DNA from: Acidilobaceae archaeon
GTDB taxonomy: Archaea > Thermoproteota > Thermoprotei_A > Sulfolobales > Acidilobaceae
Reading direction: 5' to 3'
DNA length: 64,000 nucleotides
Assembly: GCA_038897215.1 (NCBI GenBank)
Contig: JAWAWX010000001.1
Location: forward strand, 448,001 to 512,000
The translations under genes were made by a program, and so were the position numbers. This document shows, one piece after another, positions 58,114 to 64,000 of this stretch; the first letter of the stretch is position 1, and every line of letters starts with the position of its first letter. The notes beneath the pieces were generated by a model, which saw nothing but the letters and a program-made list of their open reading frames with translations, had not been told where the DNA came from and searched no databases.

Positions 58114-59073
58114 ATGCCTGACCTGAGGACTACTTTGCTGATGAAACTCCAGTACGAGTTTCCCCTGACGGCGACACCGTTCCTCGATGTGGCTAGAGAG
58201 CTGGGAGTCTCGGAGGAACTCGCTCTAAGCGAGCTAAGGAGGCTCGCTGAAACCGGGGTTCTGAAGAGAGTAGGCTTCTACTACAACTATAGGTCTAGGC
58301 GCCAGGTAGCCGCTCTCATAGGGGTCGCTTGCGGAGAGAGATACTCCGAGGCCGCTGAGGCAACTAGGAGAGACCCTCTCACTACTCACAGTTATCTCAG
58401 AGACCACCCCGAGGTCAACCTGTGGGTCGTGGCTAGGAGAGCGTCCAGAGGAGAGCTCATAGAGTACGCTGAAGAGCTAGCTCGGCTGTGCGGCTCCTCG
58501 AGGTACACTGTGCTCTTCAGCAAGAAGACTCTCAAGCTCAGCGTCAAGTACGACCTCCTCGAGGGAGTCTCTAGAAGCGGCTCCTACTCGAAGCTACCCG
58601 AGAACCCCCCGAGACCCGAGGACCTGGGAGTAGACCCCAGGCTACCTGAGATGCTACGCTCGCTGCCCCTCGAGAGCAGACCCTATAGGGAGATAGCGGG
58701 AAAGCTGGGTCTGAGCGAGAACGAGGTTCTAGAAGCGGTAGTGAGGCTCCTGGAGGCGGGCGTTCTAGGAGACCCGGGGGCTGCTCTCGACGGTAAGAAG
58801 TTAGGGTTTAGAGAGAACGCTATGATCATAGCGAAGCTCAACGGCTCAGAAGAGCTAGCCTCATGCCTAGCCTCCATCCCGTACACGACCCACGTGGTCT
58901 TGAGAGAGGTCTACCCACCCTCTAGCTGGGAGTTCGACGGGTACGCCATGGTTCACGCTACTCGCAGAGATAAGGTGTACGAGGTGCTTGAGCTTATTGC
59001 CTCAAAGTGCTCTCTACGCGATACGAGAGTCCTTTTCAGCGTGGAGGACTTGAAGCCAGAGGTGGTCAGATAA
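58114..59073 (+). CDS. fused siroheme decarboxylase AhbA/AhbB (Lrp/AsnC-like, NirDL-type)
   Basis: two HTH+AsnC repeats: FPL..TPF, THSYLR; LPLESRPY, THVVLR, AMVH. Confidence 0.88.
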   Translation: MPDLRTTLLMKLQYEFPLTATPFLDVARELGVSEELALSELRRLAETGVLKRVGFYYNYRSRRQVAALIGVACGERYSEAAEATRRDPLTTHSYLRDHPEVNLWVVARRASRGELIEYAEELARLCGSSRYTVLFSKKTLKLSVKYDLLEGVSRSGSYSKLPENPPRPEDLGVDPRLPEMLRSLPLESRPYREIAGKLGLSENEVLEAVVRLLEAGVLGDPGAALDGKKLGFRENAMIIAKLNGSEELASCLASIPYTTHVVLREVYPPSSWEFDGYAMVHATRRDKVYEVLELIASKCSLRDTRVLFSVEDLKPEVVR

Positions 59074-59771
59074 TGGTCTTCACCCCTCTGTACATCGACC
59101 TCTCAGGCTTCCGCGTTCTTGTCGTCGGCGGAGGCTACGTTGGAGCTAGGAGAGCTCTCTTCTTCAAGGAGGCGGGAGCTAGAGTCACTGTAGCAGCTAA
59201 GGAGTTTAGAAAAGAGCTGACTCAAGTAGACGGTATTGAGCTTGTTCGAGTAGACCTGCCTAGAGACATGGCTCTACTCGAGGAGCTCATAAAGACTCAC
59301 GACTTGATAGTGATAGCTGTGAGCGACGACCAGCTAGCTGAGGAGGTCGCCGAGAAGGCTCTTAGGGAGAGGAAGCTGGTAAACAACAGTGTAGACTATA
59401 GGAAAGGCAACGTGATAGTACCCTTCAGGGCTCTAGCTGGAGGCTTAGGGGTAGCAGTGACCTCCTTCGGCTCTTCGGGTATGGCTGCTAGAGTGGCTTT
59501 AGAGAAGGCTGTCGAGGCCATAGCCGGAGACCCCGAGGTTAGAGCCATACTCGAGTCGTTCGGCAAGCTGAAGAGACAACTGAGAGAGACTGTGAGAGAC
59601 CCGAGGCTCAGGATGAGGATATACATGGCTGTAGAGGAGGACGCTCTCTACAGAGAGCTGGTGAAGAGAGGGAACGCTAGAGGAGCCTACGAGAGAGCTC
59701 TAGAGGTCGCTAGAGGCTTCGGTGTATCTCTTCAGCCTCTCGACGATAGTGTTCTCGAGGAGAGGCAATAG
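59073..59771 (+). CDS. precorrin-2 dehydrogenase / sirohydrochlorin ferrochelatase (SirC/Met8/CysG-N)
   Basis: PLYIDL, LVVGGGYVGARR, LVNN; ATG 59073 coupled to the upstream TAA. Confidence 0.9.
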   Translation: MVFTPLYIDLSGFRVLVVGGGYVGARRALFFKEAGARVTVAAKEFRKELTQVDGIELVRVDLPRDMALLEELIKTHDLIVIAVSDDQLAEEVAEKALRERKLVNNSVDYRKGNVIVPFRALAGGLGVAVTSFGSSGMAARVALEKAVEAIAGDPEVRAILESFGKLKRQLRETVRDPRLRMRIYMAVEEDALYRELVKRGNARGAYERALEVARGFGVSLQPLDDSVLEERQ

Positions 59772-60281
59772 GTACGGGATTACTACTCTATCCCCGCATC
59801 TCTCCAGAGACCTGAGGGTAGTAGAGCCTGGGAGGAGGCTAGCGACCACGATGCAGTCAGCAACGCTCGAGCAGTCACGCGATACCTCAACGAAAGCTTT
59901 CAGCTTCTCTCCGAGCTCTCGAGCGATATCATTCAAAGCCTTAGACCTACCTGCTTCCGCGTGCACTAATAGCACTGAGCTACAGCCTACAAGCTCTCTG
60001 GAGAGAGCTTCCACAATATCCTCGAGAGAGAGGAGAGAGATTACTCGAGCACCTCTAGTGGACGCGACGCTCAAGACCTCCGAGTAGCCCCGACCTCTTA
60101 GCAGTAGCAGAGGGTAAACTAGGTCCTTCTCTGAGATAGAGCAACTAGAGTCTCTGAGCTCGCTTAAGGCGCAGATCGTGACCTCCGTTCTCGTGATTGA
60201 AGCCAGTAGCTCGCGTAGCCTCGCGACCTCTCGAGCAGCCATGTCGGTAACATAGTCGTGGACAACGACAACTACTCTCAT
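59700..60281 (-). CDS. divergent CbiX/SirB-like chelatase-fold protein
   Basis: VVVVH, YPLLLLRG, LLVH, SLLPG repeated class II chelatase pattern; heme cluster context. Confidence 0.55.
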   Translation of the reverse strand: MRVVVVVHDYVTDMAAREVARLRELLASITRTEVTICALSELRDSSCSISEKDLVYPLLLLRGRGYSEVLSVASTRGARVISLLSLEDIVEALSRELVGCSSVLLVHAEAGRSKALNDIARELGEKLKAFVEVSRDCSSVADCIVVASLLPGSTTLRSLERCGDRVVIPYLLPLLENTIVERLKRYTEASSDL

Positions 60282-60425
60282 TCATCCACCCACTGTATCG
60301 CAGAAGAGCCCAGATACTATTTGCGTAACGGGGTCGCTCCAGAAAGCAATAGAATTAACGCTAATGAAAAGCTTAGAAGATAGAAATTTAAGCGAGTCTC
60401 ATGAGAGAGTCTATAGGAGAGTAGG

Positions 60426-61676
60426 TTGATTGGTGACGGTTCTCTTCTGAGAGCATACGCCATAACTCATAGGCGGTGCCCTCTCGCAGAGATAAGCAGT
60501 CTCGGTAGGAGGAGAGACGAGCTATACTCGAGGCTAAAGGAGGAGGCTCGCGGTCTCGTCATTCTATCTACCTGCAATAGGTTCGAGGTGTACGCTGACT
60601 CTCCCTCAGCCTCTTTCGAGCCAGCTTTGAGAAGTCTTCTAGGCGAGAGTTCCTCACATCTAGACGTCTACGAGGGTCTTAGCGCTGTCAGGCACCTAAT
60701 CGAGGTAGCCTCTGGCCTCGACTCCCAGGTCCTGGGGGAGCAGGAGATACTAGGGCAGGTGAGAGAAGCCTGGCTCTACGCTAGGAGGGCTAGAGCGTCC
60801 TCGAAGCTTCTCGACTACGTCTTCTCGAGAGCTCTACGCGCGGCGAGACGTGTGAGGAGAGAGACTAGGATAGGCTGGGGGGTCGTGGGGTACCCTCAGG
60901 CGGGCATAGAGCTTCTCGCTGCTAAGCTCGGGGGGCTGAACGGGAGAGTCGTAGTGCTAGTGGGAGCTGGCCAGGCCGGGGAGGCGGCACTAAGGCATCT
61001 CTGCAAGAAGTACGAGCCCTCTCGAGTGGTCTTAGTTAATAGAACTCTTGAGAGAGCCCGGGCTCTGACCACTCTATGCTCGAACCGCGAAGTGCAGGTA
61101 GAGAGCCTGGACTCTCTGGAGAGAGTCTTGAGCGAAGCAGACGCTGTATTCGTAGCCGTATCCGGAGGCCATAGGCTGGTCTCGCGGGATATAGTCGAGG
61201 CCTCTGGAGCGATCTTCGTCGACATCTCCCTCCCCCCCGTGGTCGAGAAGGTGCCCGGGAGAGTCTTCTACATGGAGGACGTTAGAGTCATCGCAGACGA
61301 GAACATGAAGATCAGGCTAAGCGAGGTCCCCAGAGCTCTATCCATAATCGAGGAGGAGGCGGCTAAGATCGAGAGGTTCCTGAACAGAGTCCCCGTAGAG
61401 GAGATGATCGCTGAGATGATGAAGAGAGTGAGGGAGCTCTACGTAGCCGAGGTGAGTAGGCTGACTGAAGCGGAAGGGGGGGTCTCCCGAGAGAAACTAG
61501 AGCTACTACTGGACAGCTACACTAGGAAGGTGCTGAGACCCCTCCTCTTATTCATGAGGTCGGGTGCCAGCAACGGTAACATGGAAGCCGTCAGAGGCAT
61601 TTATAGCCTCTATGTTAGAGAACTCGAAAGGATGACTAGAGGTGAGCGTGGGAGAGTTCCCTCTCCTAAGACCTAG
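60426..61676 (+). CDS. hemA: glutamyl-tRNA reductase
   Basis: STCNRFEVY, SGLDSQVLGEQEILGQV, GAGQAG, NRT. Confidence 0.96.
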   Translation: MIGDGSLLRAYAITHRRCPLAEISSLGRRRDELYSRLKEEARGLVILSTCNRFEVYADSPSASFEPALRSLLGESSSHLDVYEGLSAVRHLIEVASGLDSQVLGEQEILGQVREAWLYARRARASSKLLDYVFSRALRAARRVRRETRIGWGVVGYPQAGIELLAAKLGGLNGRVVVLVGAGQAGEAALRHLCKKYEPSRVVLVNRTLERARALTTLCSNREVQVESLDSLERVLSEADAVFVAVSGGHRLVSRDIVEASGAIFVDISLPPVVEKVPGRVFYMEDVRVIADENMKIRLSEVPRALSIIEEEAAKIERFLNRVPVEEMIAEMMKRVRELYVAEVSRLTEAEGGVSREKLELLLDSYTRKVLRPLLLFMRSGASNGNMEAVRGIYSLYVRELERMTRGERGRVPSPKT

Positions 61677-62661
61677 GAGGCTCAGGCTCTCTAGAAGCGT
61701 TAGAGACGTAGTGGCCGAGACGAGACTCAGCCCCTCGGCCTTCATGCTGCCCGTCTTCGTCAACGAGAATCTCAGCAAGCCGGCTGAGACCCCGTCGCTC
61801 AAAGGGCACTACTACTACCCCCCCGAGTCTCCAGAGCTGGCTAGGCTCTTGAGCGAGGCTCTAGACCTGGGCGTCAAGTCCTTCCTCTTCTTCGGAGTAC
61901 CCTCGCACAAGGACTTCTACGGCTCTCAAGCATGGTCTAGAGATGGGGTCGTCCAGAGAGCCGTGAGGTTCATTAGGAGAGAGCTGGGCCAGGAGCCGGT
62001 GCTATTCTCAGACCTCTGTCTCTGCGGCTACACAGACCACGGGCACTGCGGGATACCGAAGCAGACAGCTAGAGGGCTTGTGATCGACAATGACGCAACG
62101 CTAGAGCTCTACGGCAGGATTGCTGTAAGCCAGGCCGAGGCCGGGGTAGACTTCGTGGCTCCCTCAGGCATGATGGATGGACAGGTCTCAGCGATCAGGA
62201 GAGCTCTAGATGAAGCCGGTTTCAGCGATGTCGGGATAATGGCGTACTCTGTTAAGTACGCTAGCGGCTTCTACGGACCCTTCAGAACAGTGATGGACTC
62301 TGCTCCACGATTCGGCGACAGGAGGAGCTACCAGATGGACCCGAGGAACGCTAGAGAGGCGATTAAGGAGGCCGCTCTAGATATAATGGAGGGAGCCGAT
62401 ATAATAATGGTCAAGCCTGCTCTCGCCTACTTAGACGTGATAGCGTTACTGAAAGAGAACTTTCCCCACGTCCCGCTAGCAGCCTACAATGTCAGCGGAG
62501 AGTACGCTATGGTGAAGACCGCGGGCGAAGCAGGAGTCGTGGATGAGAGAGTGGTCATGATGGAGGTCTTGACAGCTATAGCTAGAGCTGGAGCAGACAT
62601 AATCATAACCTACCACGCTCTCGAGGCGGCTAGGCTTCTGAGAGAAGGGTTCACGTTCTAG
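61642..62661 (+). CDS. hemB: porphobilinogen synthase (Zn-dependent)
   Basis: RPRRLR, CLCGYTDHGHC, PSGMMDG, MVKPA, AYNVSGEY. Confidence 0.97.
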   Translation: MSVGEFPLLRPRRLRLSRSVRDVVAETRLSPSAFMLPVFVNENLSKPAETPSLKGHYYYPPESPELARLLSEALDLGVKSFLFFGVPSHKDFYGSQAWSRDGVVQRAVRFIRRELGQEPVLFSDLCLCGYTDHGHCGIPKQTARGLVIDNDATLELYGRIAVSQAEAGVDFVAPSGMMDGQVSAIRRALDEAGFSDVGIMAYSVKYASGFYGPFRTVMDSAPRFGDRRSYQMDPRNAREAIKEAALDIMEGADIIMVKPALAYLDVIALLKENFPHVPLAAYNVSGEYAMVKTAGEAGVVDERVVMMEVLTAIARAGADIIITYHALEAARLLREGFTF

Positions 62662-62663
62662 AG

Positions 62664-63959
62664 GTGGTAGCATTGCCTCGAAGCGAGGAACTCTTAGAGA
62701 GAGCTCTCCGAGTATTCCCCGGGGGGGTCAACAGCCCTGTTAGAGCCGCCGTCAAGCCCTACCCATTTTTCGTCGAGAAGGCTGAGGGGCCGTACATCTA
62801 CACTGTTGACGGAGAGAAGCTGATAGACTTGGTTCAAGCATATGGCCCCCTAATACTAGGGCATAGACACCCGGCTGTTGAGAAGGCTATACTAGAGCAG
62901 GTATCGAGAGGGTGGCTCTACGCTGCCCCATACGAGCTAGAGGTGAGGCTTGCTGAGAAAATCCTCGAATACGTGAATCCCCACGGCATGATCAGATTTG
63001 TGAACAGCGGTACTGAAGCTACGGCTCTAGCCATCAGGCTCGCTAGAGGCGTGACTAAGAGGAAGCTTGTACTGAAGTTCGATGGCTGCTATCACGGAGC
63101 TCACGACAGCGTTCTAGTAGCAGCTGGGAGCGCTGCTGAGCACTACGGAGTCCCTATGAGCGAGGGGGTCCCTGAGGAGGTCGCTAAGCTGACTCTCGTA
63201 GCCAGCTTTAACGACTTCGATGGCGTTGAGAGAGTCTTTAGAGAACATGGTGACAGAATAGCCGCGGTAATAGTTGAGCCGGTTTTAGGCAACATAGGAG
63301 TTATCTCTCCCAAAGAAGGATTCCTGAAGTTCTTGAGAGAACTCACTGAGAAGCATGGGGCCTTGCTGATATTCGATGAGGTGATCACGGGGTTCAGGCT
63401 GTCTCTGGGTGGAGCTCAGGAGTACTTCGGCGTCAAAGCAGACATAGTGACTCTAGGCAAGATAATAGGAGGAGGGATGCCGATAGGCGCTGTTGTAGCC
63501 AGCAGGGAGATCATGGAGAACATATCTCCGGCAGGCAGGGTCTTCAACGCTGGCACTTTCAACGCTCACCCTCTAGCCATGGCCGCAGGCTTAGCCACTA
63601 TAGAGGTTCTAGAGGAGGGAGAGGTCTACAGGGTAGCTGGTCACGCAGCCAGGTCTATAGCTAGAGCTCTCGAGGAGGCTTCTCAGAGCTCTAGGATAGA
63701 AGTCTACGTGAACCAAGTCGAAAGCATGCTGACCCCCTTCTTTACGAGCCGGGAGGTCTTCGACGCTAAGACCGCTAGAGCGAGCAACAGGAGTCTCTAC
63801 GAGAGGTTCCACGTGGAGATGAGGAAGAGAGGCGTGTTCGTGACTCCGAGCCAGTTCGAGGCTATATTCACAGGGCTACCCATAAGGGGCGAGGTGCTAG
63901 ACCACGTAATAGAAGCTATCCACGACTCCTTCAAGAGTCTCGGCGGGTCTGCGAGATGA
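62664..63959 (+). CDS. hemL: glutamate-1-semialdehyde 2,1-aminomutase
   Basis: PGGVNSPVRA, NSGTEA, GCYHG, FDEVITGFR, GKIIGGG. Confidence 0.97.
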   Translation: MVALPRSEELLERALRVFPGGVNSPVRAAVKPYPFFVEKAEGPYIYTVDGEKLIDLVQAYGPLILGHRHPAVEKAILEQVSRGWLYAAPYELEVRLAEKILEYVNPHGMIRFVNSGTEATALAIRLARGVTKRKLVLKFDGCYHGAHDSVLVAAGSAAEHYGVPMSEGVPEEVAKLTLVASFNDFDGVERVFREHGDRIAAVIVEPVLGNIGVISPKEGFLKFLRELTEKHGALLIFDEVITGFRLSLGGAQEYFGVKADIVTLGKIIGGGMPIGAVVASREIMENISPAGRVFNAGTFNAHPLAMAAGLATIEVLEEGEVYRVAGHAARSIARALEEASQSSRIEVYVNQVESMLTPFFTSREVFDAKTARASNRSLYERFHVEMRKRGVFVTPSQFEAIFTGLPIRGEVLDHVIEAIHDSFKSLGGSAR

Positions 63960-64000
63960 AGGTAAGGGTAGCTACTAGAGGGAGTAGGCTGAGCATCGCT
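63956..64000 (+). CDS. hemC: hydroxymethylbilane synthase, N-terminus (truncated by window end)
   Basis: MKVRVATRGSRLSIA, ATGA overlap with the hemL stop. Confidence 0.88.
   Translation, partial: MKVRVATRGSRLSIA

Overview
Core-genome segment of a hyperthermophilic Thermoproteota (crenarchaeal) archaeon, most like Desulfurococcales/Acidilobales. The evidence is CdvA, an ESCRT-III/CdvB paralogue, S25e, DUF2258, frequent TTG/GTG starts and BHB tRNA introns. Content: rpl3-rpl4-rpl23, aIF2-beta, non-discriminating AspRS, Orc1/Cdc6, NucS, NadE, GlnA, Acs, Spt5-SecE, the proteasome/exosome superoperon (psmA-SBDS-rrp4-rrp41-rrp42-rpl37ae), MoaA, heme O synthase, and a siroheme-dependent (Ahb) heme cluster that runs off the right end in hemC. 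There are five tRNAs, two with introns, one of them at a non-canonical D-arm position. Two small accessory patches sit next to tRNAs: a secreted protein plus a collapsed MNT-HEPN module, and a decayed ABC exporter. No rRNA, CRISPR array, integrase or transposase was seen. The most unusual signals are: (1) three genes whose frame, ribosome-binding site and promoter point to ACG or TCG as the start codon; (2) strong over-representation of CTAG/AGCT/TCGA palindromes, with five convergent gene pairs sharing one CTAG as a double stop; (3) cdvA detached from cdvBC and divergently paired with a winged-helix-less ESCRT-III. All product calls come from motif recognition by eye; no database searches were run.
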